From Octopus vulgaris (taxonomy: Eukaryota): a DNA stretch of 64,000 nt. Made by a program: the position numbers and the translations under genes. The notes beneath the pieces are model-generated. The model was not told the origin of the DNA. It saw only the letters and a program-made list of their open reading frames with translations, and searched no databases. Location of the stretch: assembly GCA_951406725.2 (NCBI GenBank), contig OX597833.1:6820001-6884000 (forward strand), written 5' to 3'. Of the stretch, positions 41,370-54,999 are shown piece after piece. Within the stretch, counting starts at the first letter, position 1, and every line of letters starts with the position of its first letter.

Positions 41370-41744
41370 CACGTGACCTTGTAGTTATGGTGATAAACTC
41401 CATGATCGCCAAATCGCGGTTTCGATACCAGAGTGGGTGGTTCGCTGTGCTTTTGAGCAAACCACTCCATCTCATGTTGGTCTGCGGTCACTTTGACATC
41501 TGATGTATGGTACACCTGCGACTGTCCAGGCGACGTCGAGCTGATGGAGTGGGGGGGGGAGCTAATATGCAGCATAAACATTTGACCACGATAAACAAAT
41601 TACCTGCGCAGATCTTACGGCAGAAAATAGCAGGACCCTCATCTGTCCTCTGTATGTGTGTGTGTGTGTGTGTGTGCATGTGTGTGATAGCCACTGTGTG
41701 TGATAACATGTGTGTCATAGCTTCTGTTTATGTGTGTGTGCGTA

Positions 41745-41777
<33 letters not shown>

Positions 41778-42005
41778 AATATCTATATGTGCTTTTGCGT
41801 TTGTACCCCCACCGTCGCCTGACAACCAGCGATGGTTTGTTTTCTTCACCTCCCTGTAAATTAGCGGTTCAACAAAAGAGACCGATGAAATAATTACCAG
41901 GTTTTAAAATATAAATAACTACTGGCGTAGGCTCTTACCGCTAAAACCCTACAAGGTGGTGCCTCCGCATGACCGCAGTCCAATGGCTAAAACAAGTGAA
42001 AGATA
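41370..42005 (+). mobile_element. Old composite SINE: tRNA head, distinct middle, (TG)n, family B-type tail
   Basis: GGTTTCGATACC..TTTTGAGCAA head; tail TGACAACC..TTAGCGGTTC..AAAAGAGACCGAT..GGTGGTGCCTCCGCATGACCGCAGTC. Confidence 0.6.
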
Positions 42006-42364
42006 GACGTTAAAAGAAGTACATGGATGTCTGAAAGTATTAATGCAGTTATGCCAGAAATATCTCCCTGCCGAAACTAAACAAATACAAACGGGCGCAT
42101 TTCTCCGTGGATCGAGGCTTATGAGACTTTTCCTCACTGGTTTCGCATCTATTTAGGAATTCGTCAGAAAGTGTAGGCGTTCATGTTTTGTCCATGGAGA
42201 AAAAAATAGCTTATAGATATTTATATCAAACAATAAGTGGTCAGTCTAATTTGCATAAATATGAATTATTTTGTCGCGGTGCTAATTACTCGGAATTGAT
42301 GAATTAATTTCAATTAAACAATCCATACTTTATGCACACACACACATATATGCACACATGCATG

Positions 42365-42411
<47 letters not shown>

Positions 42412-42583
42412 GGTTCATATAAAAACACATACACATACACATATATGTGGGAGTACGTGTGTGTATATATGTGTGTACTTACTAGTGCGTATATACAAGT
42501 ATGCATATATATATCTACATGAATATATATATCTATATATGCATATGTATGTATATATATGTATATATACATACATACATACA

Positions 42584-42619
<36 letters not shown>

Positions 42620-42778
42620 TATATATATGTGAATATGTATATATACATATATATGAATATATGTACATATATGTACACGTATACACTCTCACACACACAC
42701 GCACACACACACATATATATTCACGTAAAAAATGTCCTCCTCACACATGTAAACATGCAGAGACATGCATCAACACAT

Positions 42779-42810
<32 letters not shown>

Positions 42811-42869
42811 AATGGAGAGAATGAAAGAAAGAGTGATAGAGAGGAAAATACTGGAGAGAGAAAGAGAAG

Positions 42870-43241
<372 letters not shown>

Positions 43242-43385
43242 AAGTCTCTCTCCAGTAAGCTAAACTGATAGTCGTTCTCATATAACCCATGTGAATCCAT
43301 GGCCAGTCACTTTCTCACCCAGTAACCCAAGTTGACGACGGAGACCGACGCACAATTGTAGGTGGCTGTATAAATACATACACAC

Positions 43386-43416
<31 letters not shown>

Positions 43417-43465
43417 CATACATACACACATACATACATACATATATATATATATATAAATACAC

Positions 43466-43496
<31 letters not shown>

Positions 43497-43539
43497 TACA
43501 TACATACACACATACATACATACATACATTTATATATGC

Positions 43540-43573
<34 letters not shown>

Positions 43574-43894
43574 GGATATATATATCTATATATGTATAGA
43601 GAACATGTGGTGGTTAAGAGTGTGTGTGTATATATATATATATATACACACACACACTTAACCACCACCCGTTCCCTATACACACCCAATATAGCTGACA
43701 GTGGTTGAGGACATACACCAAACATATATACACACACACCCATATATTTATGTATACACACCTCGTTCTATATACACTCTGCAGCTGAAGTTTAAATTCT
43801 GCCCAATTTTTTAAATGGTTGTCATGGGAAAAACTTTCCAAAACGATTCTTGTTCTTGTAGTTGTTGTTTAGTGGTGTCATGGTGGTTTTTATG

Positions 43895-45165
43895 GGTGGT
43901 GGTTGTGGTGATGGTGGTGGTTGGTGGTGGTGGTGGTGGTGGTGGTGGTGGTGGTGATGGTGATGGTGAAAGTGATGGTGGTCGTGGTTGTGGTTGTGGT
44001 GGTAGCTGTGTTGGTAGTGGTTGTGGTGGTTGTGGTTGCGGTGATGGTGGTGGTTGTGGCGGTGGTAGTAATTGTGGTGGTGATGGTGGTTGTGGTTGCA
44101 GTGATGGTGGTGGTGGTTGTGGTAGTGGTGGTAGTTGTGGTGGTCGTGGTGGTAGCTGTGTTTGTAGAGGTTGTGGTGGTTGTGGTAGTGGTGTTAGTGG
44201 TCGTGGTCGTGGTGGTAGCTGTGTTGGTAGTGGTTGTAGTTGTTGTGGTAGCGGTGGTAGTGGTAGTGGTGTTAGTTTTGGTGGTGGTAGCTGTGTTGGT
44301 AGTGGTTGTGGTGGTGGTGGTAGCAGTGTTGGTAGCGGTGGTAGTAGCAATGCTGGTAGTGGTTGTGGTGGTGGTTGTGGTAGTGGTAGTTGTGTTGGTA
44401 GTGGTTGTGGTGGTCTGGTAGTGGTGGTAGAGGTAGTAGTAGTAGTGGTAGCAGTGTTGGTGATGTTGTAGTGGTATTGTTGATGTTAGTTTAGTTGTGA
44501 TGATGGTGGTAGCGGTGCTAGTGGTGGCGAAGGTAGCGATGGTGGAGTTGCTTGTGGTAGCGGTGGGGTGTGTGGGGGGAGTATTGTGGTCGTTGTGGCG
44601 TTGATTGTGGTGGTGGTGGTGATTGTCATAGTGGTCGTTGTGTTGATGATGGTGGTGGAGTTGGTGATGGCGGTGGTGGGGTGATGGTGGCTGAGGTGGT
44701 AGTGATTGTATCGTTGACGGTTGAGGATATAGTAGTTGCTATGGTAATGCTAGAGGTGGTGGTTGCAGTGGTTGTTTGGGTAGTAGTTGTCAGTGTGTAG
44801 ACGATGGCGTTGACACTAGTTGCTGAGAGCGGTGATAATAATGGTGGTGGTGGTCGGGTAGTGGTGGTGGTGGTGGTGGTGGTGGTGGTGGTGGTGGTGG
44901 TCGGGTAGTGGTTGTGGTGATGGTGGTGGTTGTGGTGTCGAGTAGTGGTGGTGGTGGTGGTGGTGGTGGTGGTGGTGGTGGTGGTGGTGGTGGTGGTGGT
45001 CGGGTAGTGGTTGTGGTGATGGTGGTGGTTGTGGTGTCGAGTAGTGGTGGTGGTGGTGGTGGTGGTGGTTGTGGTGGTGGTGGTTGTGGTGGTGGTGGTT
45101 GTGGAGGTGGTGGTTGTGGAGGTGGTGGTGGTGGTGGTGGTGGTGGTGGTGGCGGCGGCGGCGGT
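43895..45165. repeat. Degenerate (GGT/TGT/AGT)n tract with internal duplications
   Basis: Direct reading; the unit CGGGTAGTGGTTGTGGTGATGGTGGTGGTTGTGGTGTCGAGTAGT occurs twice. Confidence 0.9.
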
Positions 45166-45534
45166 GGCAAGAACGACAACAAGCGCAAGAGCAACGAATG
45201 CCAAGCCCAGAATATCAACCACTAACCACCACCAACCACCACCAGTACTACCACCGCAACTATACCGCTCTACCTTCAAGCACACCATTACACAACCAAC
45301 ATCACACCATCGCTGTCACTTCGACATCAATATACCCTCAACGACACCATCACGGCAATATACCTCCACCACAGCCACTACGTCACCACCACCACCACCA
45401 CCACCACCAATACTACATTTCTCTACCCTGTATCCACCCAAGAATACCCTCAATCTAATTTACTTCGCACTTTAACCAATTCACAAACTGATCGTTTACC
45501 AACATCTCGTCTAAATTTCAACGAAAATGTAATT

Positions 45535-45801
45535 TTCTTCTTCTTCTTCTTCTCTTCTTCTTCTTCTTCTTCTTCTTCTTCTTCTTCTTCTTCTTCTTCT
45601 TCTTCTTCTTCTTCTTCTTCTTCTTCTTCTTCTTCTTCTTCTTCTTCTTCTTCTTCTTCTTCTTCTTCTTCTTCCTTCCTTCTTCCTTCTTCTTCTTCCT
45701 TCTTCTTTCTTTCTTCTTCTTCTTCTTCTTCTTCCACTTCTTCTTCCACTTCTTCTTCTTCTTCTTCTTCACTTCTTCTTCTTCTTCTTCTTCTTCTTCC
45801 A

Positions 45802-45835
<34 letters not shown>

Positions 45836-46054
45836 TTCCACTTCTTCTTCTTCTTCCTTCTTCTTCTTCTTCTTCTTCTTCTTCTTCTTCTTCTTCTTCT
45901 TTCTTCTTCTTCTTCTTCTTCTTCTTCTTCTTCTTCTTCTTCCACTTCTTCTTCTTCCTCTTCTTCTTCTTCCACTTCTTCTTCTTCTTCTTCTTCTTCC
46001 ACTTCTTCTTCTTCTTCCTCTTCTTCTTCTTCCACTTCTTCTTCTTCTTCTTCC

Positions 46055-46085
<31 letters not shown>

Positions 46086-46145
46086 CTTCTTCTTCTTCTT
46101 CTTCTTCTTCTTCTTCCACTTCTTCTTCTTCCACTTCTTCTTCTA

Positions 46146-46176
<31 letters not shown>

Positions 46177-46177
46177 C

Positions 46178-46208
<31 letters not shown>

Positions 46209-46331
46209 CCACTTCTTCTTCTTCCACTTCTTCTTCTTCCTCTTCTTCTTCTTCCACTTCTTCTTCTTCCACTTCCTCTTCTTCTTCTTCCACTTCTTCT
46301 ACCTCTTCCCCTTCTTCTTCTTCTTCTTCTT

Positions 46332-46360
<29 letters not shown>
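45535..46360. repeat. ~820 bp (TTC)n tract with CCAC/CCTC interruptions
   Basis: Direct reading of the sequence. Confidence 0.95.
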
Positions 46361-46362
<2 letters not shown>

Positions 46363-46597
46363 TTATTATTATTATTATCATTATTATTATTATTATTGTT
46401 GTTGTCGTTGTTGTTGTTGTTGTTGCGTAACAGACAATGTGTCACCAGGCTCAGTACGCAACGGTATCCAGTTCTGTCTCTTTACTAAGTTCAAATCCTA
46501 TCCTTGCTTTCTACTTGTGCCTCTTCTTCTTACTCTGAGGGTCATCAATAAACTCGCTGCCAGTCATGAAATACATAAAATATAACACTGTGCGTGC

Positions 46598-46663
<66 letters not shown>

Positions 46664-47444
46664 CATAATTCAATTCGATGTTTCCCGGCCGCAGTAAATC
46701 AGATAAAACTATATCCGCTGCTGTCGGGAAACTCCGAGTTCCGAATGTAAGTGTTCCGTGCTTGTATTCTATATTAAATATATGCATGCTTAAATATTAA
46801 TATCTTTTTTCTGTTTTTACATATTTGGTTTGTTGTTTATATATATATATATATATATAGCGATCTTCCTCACGATCAGGACAGCTGTGCGAAGCTACAT
46901 TCATCGTTCGTCAAAGAACAGAAAAATTATTGCTGTCGATATTTTTTTGACAATATTTGATAGAAATACCACATATACATTAGTGTTACCCCCATAAAAC
47001 CTCAACTAAATCAGTTTGGAATTGTGGGGCATATCAAAATTAAGTTTTTGTGAGGTGGGGGTGAAAAACTGATTTGCCCGCTTTTCTTATGTTCAGGACA
47101 GAAAATCTGACAGTCAGTCACATTGGTCGAACCACTTGTGACATGATGAGTAAAAATTTAATACCATCAGGTTCTGATATATGTATATCTGATCAAGTGT
47201 TCATTTGTTGTAGTAGAAGAGAAAATTTTCACACAAACGTAAGAGGGCATAGTTGTGAAAATATCGTATTTTGGGGGACTTCAGGTCTTAAAATGAAGTT
47301 AGTTCCATACATCTGATTAATAGAATCGTAAACAGTAAAGCTTATCTGAAGGTCTTGGAGATTAGGCTTCTATAAACCAAAAGTAATTTTGGCCGGTCAT
47401 AGAATGTTCCTCCTAGTAATTCTCTAAAGTTTCATTATTACCAT

Positions 47445-47742
47445 CATCAACAACAACAACAACAACAACTTGTGGGCATTACTGTCCCGCATCATAGGTT
47501 TCATAGGGTCCGGTTACCTGGTTTCCATGATGTATAAGCAATGGAGAGCACAGCATTCCCTCTGAACGAAATGCCATATTTTGTCAGGGTCTTCTCATTC
47601 GTAGATGAGTGTACCGCAGTTGCGGGAAACTAAGCCCTTTGCTCAAGAACACGACGCACCCCACGGCCCCACGGTTCGGGAATCAAAACTACGACCTTGC
47701 GATTGTGAGTACGAAACCCTAACCGCTAGGCCATGCGCCTTC
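47445..47742 (-). mobile_element. Old tRNA-derived SINE with (TTG)n tail
   Basis: Reverse complement head GGCGCATGGCCTAGCGGTTAGGG..TTTTGATTCCC..GTGTTCTTGAGCAA. Confidence 0.7.
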
Positions 47743-48297
47743 AGTTTACTTCATTAATAATCAAAGAAATTCTCAAAAACAAAACACTCTAAGAGCTACG
47801 GGGTGGTTATTACAATCTAACAGATGCGGAGTGGCAAAACAATCTTAGAGACTGGGGTGGTTTTTATCTTATGGAAGCTCGTAAACCTAAAGAATTCAAG
47901 AAAGAAAAACCAAGACATTAAGGAAATTGTTTTGAGTAGAATTTCAGAAAAATGTGTTTATCAAACTTACAGAGTTCAATGCCCTGAAGAAGTAATTCTG
48001 TTCTGAGAATTTTCAGGTACCCGACCAAGTATCAGTGCAATTTGATGCTGTTACTCTCGAGATTTGAAACAGATATTCCATTTTGTTCAAAAGAATTACA
48101 TGCTTGAAATGTTTTTAAATTTAGTGACGTTAATTTCGGGTCGTTATTAATACTGCCAATAATTTCATTGAGTTAATTAATTTTTGAAAGGTAAGTAACT
48201 GAAAAAAAGAAAATAATTTACGTTTAATCAAAAGTGTTTCTTCTTTTATTCTTAAAATTAAGTGAAACCAGAGAAATACATATACGTATACCTATAT

Positions 48298-48449
<152 letters not shown>

Positions 48450-48450
48450 G

Positions 48451-49748
48451 TTTTTTTATTGGCCACACAGGGCTGCACACAGATGGGACAAGTTACAAGG
48501 TAGAGCTTTTCTTTTGGGGGATGAAAAAAAACAAAAAACAAAAGAAAAAAGGGGGTGGCGTAGGTTTTCGATCAAGAGGGATCGTAAAAGGAAAGAAAAG
48601 AACAAAAAAAAATAAATAAAATAAAAAAGAAAAAGAATAAAAAGAAAAAAAGAAAAGGAAAAGGAACAAAAGAAAAGAGAAATGAAAAAAAAAGAAAAAA
48701 GGGGAAAAAAGGGGAAGAGGAAAAAAAAACGATCAATAGGGATCGTGTATCACAGTGTTACGATATATGGTGTAAAGGGGAAAGCAAGTAAAGTTTATCC
48801 GTGGGAAGAAAAGCCTACAAAAAAGACCACGGTAACCTTGGTCAATATTGTTATATGTCACCACATTTGTTTGCAAGTGGGTAACCCTCTGTTTTCAATT
48901 TCTGGGTTCATAGGATTATGCTCAAGGTGGCTTCGTCATTCATACGTGCCATCCTTGCTACATTCACCCATCTTTTTTTAAAACATTCGCTAGACAAAAC
49001 TTGCCTCTCTACTCTCACTTTCCTTTTTAAGTGGTACTTGAAGAAGTTGATGAGAGATTGACCAGAGAGGAAAGTGTTTGTCTCCAATCCTTTCAGACGC
49101 GTCCACCAGATACATTCTTTCGCCATAGCCACAAGGATGATGAAAATAGCTCTTCCTTCCCGTTTGAAGGAAGGAGGCGTGACAATATTGACGATAGACT
49201 CAGCTGATAAACCGACTCGTCCCACACGTGACAGCAGTTGTTCGACATAAGCCCACAGGTCGGAAATTGTTGGACACTGCACGAGTGCGTGCAGAACGGT
49301 TTCGTCGCTCTGACCGCATCTCGGGCAGGTCGGCCCCGTGTTTCTCGAGCCGTGTCTGTAGAGCTTATCCCGAACGGGTAGCGCTTCTCGGTAGCACTGC
49401 CAGGCCAGGGATCTCTGGAAGTTGTCCATGGGCCCTGGCCCGAAAGTCGTCCTGAACAGGCGGGTCAGGTACTCCTCGTCGACGTCCAGGTTCGCCCCGA
49501 GCTCGTCGTCGTACCTCCCCTCCACTAAACCCCTATAGAATGCTTTGGTTGTGTTGAAGTCACTCAAGGTCGACCCAGGACGGCAGAGTTGCTTGAGAGC
49601 AACGCGACACTCGCGGTGCCATTCGCCCTTCCTCGGCCTCTTTTTGATCCACGACTGCAGTTCGGTCATGGAGACGAGCTGCGGGAAAGCGTGCCTCACA
49701 AACGGCGACCACACCTGTTCACCGTCGTCTACATAGAGTGTGAACAGG
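48451..49748 (-). mobile_element. 5'-truncated Tx1/L1-clade non-LTR retrotransposon inserted in (TATC)n
   Basis: Open ORF2 C-terminus with a CCHC zf-RVT motif, T-rich 3' UTR and AATAAAAAAA end. (GATA)n abuts both ends. Confidence 0.88.
48908..49747 (-). pseudogene. ORF2 C-terminal fragment (zf-RVT), uninterrupted but lacking its N-terminus
   Basis: FQRSLAWQCYREALPVRDKL..CPRCGQSDETVLHALVQC..WAYV..AKECIWWTR. The 106 N-terminal aa of the listed ORF are microsatellite read-through. Confidence 0.85.
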
Positions 49749-49769
49749 AGATAGATAGATAGATAGATG

Positions 49770-49907
<138 letters not shown>

Positions 49908-50854
49908 TAGATAGATATATAGATAGAAAGATAGATAGACAGAACGCAAATGTGTATAGATACAATGTATAAATAGTAAATGGCACACACACACACACAC
50001 ACACACACGCATACATACATATGTACATACATACATACATACATACATACATACATACATACATACATACATGGACACTATAGCGCTATCCGGTGTGTAG
50101 ATGATGCCCGTATAGAATAGACACACAGGATATGGATGTCGAGTCGAAAGACACAACATGTATATATGAACCGCCGCCTAATTAATTCCAGCCATAATTA
50201 AGGAATCATACGAGACCCCTAAACCTTCTAAATACAACACCTTCTACCAACAACATTACTGCTAGAGTTCCATTTGGGAGCGGAGAGGCGAGGGACGGTG
50301 GGGCAGGTTCGCTTCCTTCGTCTCTTCGTCTTCGCTTTCTTTTTTATGTGACATCGGAATGAAATGTTAAATTGAATCCGTGGGAATCTCGGAGAAAGAA
50401 AATCTGGAAGCTGGAATCATAAACAGCCATGTCTAAACCAGTTGTGACATATAGCTTTAAAATATGATACTCTTTGGTAGGAAAGGTATACTTAAGAGAG
50501 TCCTTGAAGCTATCGTCTTTAAAATATTTATCAGCAATGCGGAACGCTATCGCAGAGAATAAATGGTATGAAACTAGATTAAATGGCTGGCATTGGTAAT
50601 CGATCCATCGTCAAGTTTTGCTCCTCCGTCCGATTGGTTTAACTCCGTCTAACCTTTTGTAGTAAGACTTCTTCATAAGAAGGTCTCTGTGGGTGAAGTG
50701 AAGTAGTTGAGGCGAAGGAATTATTTTCACGTTCATCCCCCGTATATTACTGGTAAGGGTGGCGAATTGACTGAGTCATTACGAGTTTAATAGATTACTC
50801 TGCAATAATAGCTCTGGATATTCTGCGTCCTGAGTTCAAATCCAATCTTTCTTT

Positions 50855-51288
50855 CTTTGGTCTTTTATTGGTTTCAGCTCGAGGGATGTGGCCATGCTGG
50901 GGCACTGCCGTTAACTTTGCTACACCTTCACTACTTGAAACCTCTGATATGTTGTGTGGCATTTGGTGAATGAGGGAGTTTGATGTTGCTGCCCTCTTTT
51001 GAATTTCTTGCCATGAGGTAGGTTCATCCGGACCTCATGACAGGAGGAGAACCAGTTTTGTTTGAAGACACCTATGTCCACCCCATGTAGGTCTCTCAGG
51101 CTTTTGGAGAGGATATTGAAGAGCAAAGATCCCTTGAAACCTAAGTTGTTGCAGTATCTTGTCCTATATTTTGATGACGAAGTTGGGATCTTTGCACTAT
51201 GCAGTGGACCCCCGTTCTAGTGTTTGTGCAACTTTCAATGCCAAAGTTTGGGACAAGACCTTGCAGGATTTTCCAGATGTATATCACT
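50855..51288 (-). mobile_element. CR1-group LINE 3' fragment
   Basis: VIYIWKILQGLVPNFGI..GFKGSLLFNILSKSLRDLHGVDIGVFK..GPDEPTS, then the tail GGCAGTGCCCCAGCATGGCCAC..CTGAAACCAATAAAAGA. Confidence 0.85.
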
Positions 51289-51289
51289 G

Positions 51290-51600
51290 CCTTCTATGAT
51301 TGGAAAAAGACTGGAATGGGTAATTTGGTCTGTGGGGCGTTGCGACCGAGAAATAGCTTCACAAGGACAGCCGCAGAAAGTAGGAGGGTCTACGTATGAC
51401 CTGGATCGATAACCGAAAGACCTTTGATAGTATTCCCCACACAGGGATCCTAGAAACACTAGCCATGAACAGGATAGCACCAATGATCATGAAATATATA
51501 AAACACGCCATGAATAAATGGCAGACAGAGCAACAGCTCCAGACAAAAAAAGGGACTCATAAAAAACCAAAGCCATCTCCATTAGAAGAGGAAAGCACAT
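51290..51600 (+). mobile_element. R4/Dong-type reverse transcriptase fragment
   Basis: LRMTWIDNRKTFDSIPHTGILETL..IKHAMNKWQT matches MAWIDYKKAFDSVPH..MxxWxT. Confidence 0.75.
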
Positions 51601-51622
51601 GATAAAAATAAGACTACTGAAT

Positions 51623-51960
51623 GAGAAGAAGAAGAAGAAGAAGAAGAAGAAGAAGAAGAAGAAGAAGAAAAGAAGAGAGAAGAAGAGAGAAGAAGAGAGA
51701 AGAAGAAGAGAGAAGAAGAAGAAGAAGAAGAAGAAGAAGAAGAAGAAGAAAGAGAAGAGGAGAAGAAGAAGAAGAAGAAGAAGAAGAAGAAGAAGAAGAA
51801 GAAGAAGAAGAAGAAGAAGAAAGAAGAAGAAGAAGAAGAAGAAGAAGAAGATGATGATGAAGAAGAAGAAGAAGAAGAAGAAGAAGAAGAAGAAGAAGAA
51901 GAAGAAGAAGAAGAAGAAGAAGAAGAAGAAGAAGAAGAAGAAGAAGAAGAAGAAGAAGAA
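51623..51960. repeat. (GAA)n microsatellite
   Basis: Direct reading of the sequence. Confidence 0.95.
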
Positions 51961-52264
51961 GGCATTAAAGTTGAGAGTGAACCCGAGTAAAGTCAAGTTG
52001 GTCTGTCAGAATAAACTAAGCAGAGATGCACAGTATGACATGATGAGAGGTAGCGAGAGAAAGAACTTACGAAAGAAAGAAAGAACTTACGAAAGAAAGA
52101 AAGAAAGAAAGAAGCCCAGCAGTGGTCAGCAACACAATCTTTAATTTGACAGCCTTTTTCTTAGTAATTACTGCTTAGTGCACACAAACCCCAGGCCACG
52201 CTAATCACTGAATTATATAAAGAATACAGTCGTACGTTGTAGGTCCGCAAACAGCCCCTGGTCA

Positions 52265-52401
52265 GTTGGGACTTTAAGAAACTGGGCAACGAGAAATGAA
52301 GCGTTTTGCTCAAGATCACAACACATCGTCTGGTCCAGGGAGCGAAACTATAACCTTACGATCATAACTGTAACATCCTAACCACTAATCCACGCGCTTC
52401 C
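52265..52401 (-). mobile_element. tRNA-derived SINE head and core fragment
   Basis: Reverse complement GGAAGCGCGTGGATTAGTGGTTAGG..TGATCTTGAGCAAAAC. Confidence 0.65.
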
Positions 52402-52571
52402 ATAAGTACACACACACACACACACACACACATATTTACACACACATACACATATACATACACCCACCTACATATATACATATACATGGCTTATATCAAA
52501 TAAAATTAACTTCAATACCATTACTACAAACACCAAAACCACCATCACAACCACAACCACCACCACTGCTG

Positions 52572-52616
<45 letters not shown>

Positions 52617-53173
52617 TTACTACTACTACAAAAACATTTCTACTACTATAAACACCAGCACAACCTACCACCAACACACCACCAAAACACCTCCACCACC
52701 ACGATTTCTACAACTACTACTACTACTACTACTACTTAGTAGTAGGTTTTCTCTACCCCCGCTACCCGATCTACCCGTATAAAAAACAGCAGTCATCTAC
52801 TGTGTTAAAGCCACACCCAAAAGTCAGCGGTGAAGGATTTCGCTTCTCGAAACGTCTTTCCCCAACCCACCCGGCCGCCATCTTTATATACCCTTCTATT
52901 TTCTTTATACGCACCGCCATGCTGTTACACGCATACACGCATGTTGGAGTGTCTGTATTCATGGATGTATGTATTTCTAGATGCATGTATGTATTGCATG
53001 TATGTATTTGTGTTGTGTGTATGTATGCATCTATGCATGTCAGTGTCCATGTGCATATTTGAGTGCGTAACATGTACGAAAGGTATGCGCTTATGTTACA
53101 TGCGCTATGTGTGTATGCATGTGTGCATGTATATATGTATTTGTATATATATGCTTGCGTGTGTATATATATA

Positions 53174-53405
53174 CTCTTTTACTCTTTTACTCTTTTACTT
53201 GTTTCAGTCATTTTGACTGCGGCCATGCTGGAGCACCGCCTTTTAGTCGAGCAAATCGACCCCATGACTTATTCTTTGTAAGCCCAGTACTTATTCTATC
53301 GGTCTCTTTTGCCGAACCGCTAAGTAACGGTGACATAAACACACCAACATCGGTTGTCAAGCAATGCTAGAGGGACAAACACAGACACACAAACATATAC
53401 ACACA

Positions 53406-53443
<38 letters not shown>

Positions 53444-53832
53444 CAATATATATACCCATAAGGGGCTAAACACAGAGGGGACAAACAAGGACAGACAAAG
53501 GGATTAAGTCGACTGCATCGACCCCAGTGCGTAACTGGTACTTAATTTATCGACCCCGAAAGGATGAAAGGCAAAGTCGACCTCGGCGGAATTTGAACTC
53601 GGAGCGTAACGACAGACGAAATACGGCTACGAATTTCGCCCGGCACGCTAACGTTTATACACATATATACGACAGGCTTCTTTCAGTTTCTGTCTACCAA
53701 ATCCACTCACAAGGCTTTGGTCGACCCGGGGCTATAGCAGAAGACACTTGCCCAAGATGCCACGCAGTGGGACTGAACCCGGAACCATGTGGTTGGTAAG
53801 CAAGCTACTTACCACACAGCCACTCCTGCGCC
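53174..53832 (-). mobile_element. Full-length SINE family B with a SINE A (53455-53656) nested in its internal microsatellite
   Basis: Head GGCGCAGGAGTGGCTGTGTGG and tail (GTAAAAGA)n. A family A sequence sits inside the (TA)n linker. Confidence 0.9.
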
Positions 53833-54656
53833 TATGTATATATGTATTTGTATATATATATATGCTTGTGTGTATATATATATATATGTGCATCTAAGTT
53901 TGTATGTATGCGTGTATGTACGCATTTGTGCATGAATGAATGTATGAAAAGACCTATGTCTGCATGCCTATACGCCTGTAGGCCGGTATATCTATCTACC
54001 TGTACACGTATATATATTCATATACGTGTGTGTGTGCGTATGTGTGTGTGTGCGTGCATATGTATCTGTGTTCATGTAGAGTTATACTCCATAGTGTTGG
54101 ACATAGAAGAAAAGCAGTAATCTCTAGACACAAATATTCAAATAAATCTTCTATGAGACTCCAGTCTTTCAAATCTCAAAGTTTCACGTGTTGCATAAAC
54201 ATTCTTCAGCGGAAAGAAAAAACATAGCAGCACGGGATTATTGGATTTTCGTAAAATACATGAGACATAAGAGAAAAAATAGGACGACCAAATATAATAC
54301 ACACACACACACACACACACACACAATCGTTTATCCATATCGTTTATATTTTATATTATACTTGTTTCAGTCATTTAACTGCGGCCATGCTGGAGCACAG
54401 CTTTGAAGAATTTTAGTGGAAAAATTGACCCACCCCCGAACTCATTTTTCTAAGCATGGTACTTATTTTAACGAACAGCTAAGTTACGAAGACGTAAGTA
54501 CACCAACACCGGTTGGTATTGGTATCTAGACGACCCAAAGAGTGGCAGGTAACGCTAAGTAAGTACTATGGACAGGCCGTAGCTAAACTCTTGGTTCGAT
54601 AATGAGACGAGTGGGGAGTCTAATGTGAGTATTGTATTAGCATGCATACATATGAC

Positions 54657-54895
54657 AGAATGAGATAACAAAGCCAAGACTGTGAGGAGATTTCAGGATA
54701 TTTATAAGGAAGAAGATATAGTCTTACAGCTGTTTCAGCTGTTTCTGTGATATTATGAATATTCCTTTATCGGAGACGATGATGAAGGGGTATCCATAAT
54801 ATCCCAGAAACAGCTGTAAGACTATATCTAGATTTTGTCCTTTATAAATGTCCTGAAAACTCCTCACACCCTTGGCTTTGATATCTTATTTTTCT
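54657..54895. repeat. ~240 bp palindrome of head-to-head copies of the 8360-8470 repeat
   Basis: AAAGCCAAG..TGTGAGGAG..TTTCAGGA..GATATAGTCTTACAGCTGTTTC pairs with GAAACAGCTGTAAGACTATATC..TCCTGAAA..CTCCTCACA..CTTGGCTTT. Confidence 0.85.
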
Positions 54896-54938
54896 AATAT
54901 ATATATATATAAATGGGTGCCACATACAGCTCATTTTA

Positions 54939-54997
<59 letters not shown>

Positions 54998-54999
<2 letters not shown>

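Noticed and set aside
43811-44471. Gly/Cys-rich ORF resembling keratin-associated or cuticular protein
   Set aside because: Derived from degenerate (GGT)n, with overlapping poly-Val and poly-Pro frames equally open.
46860-48230. Possible very old Tc1-like transposase (EEKIFT, VNSKAYLKVLE)
   Set aside because: Motifs are too degraded and no TIR pair was found, so it is not supportable without a search.
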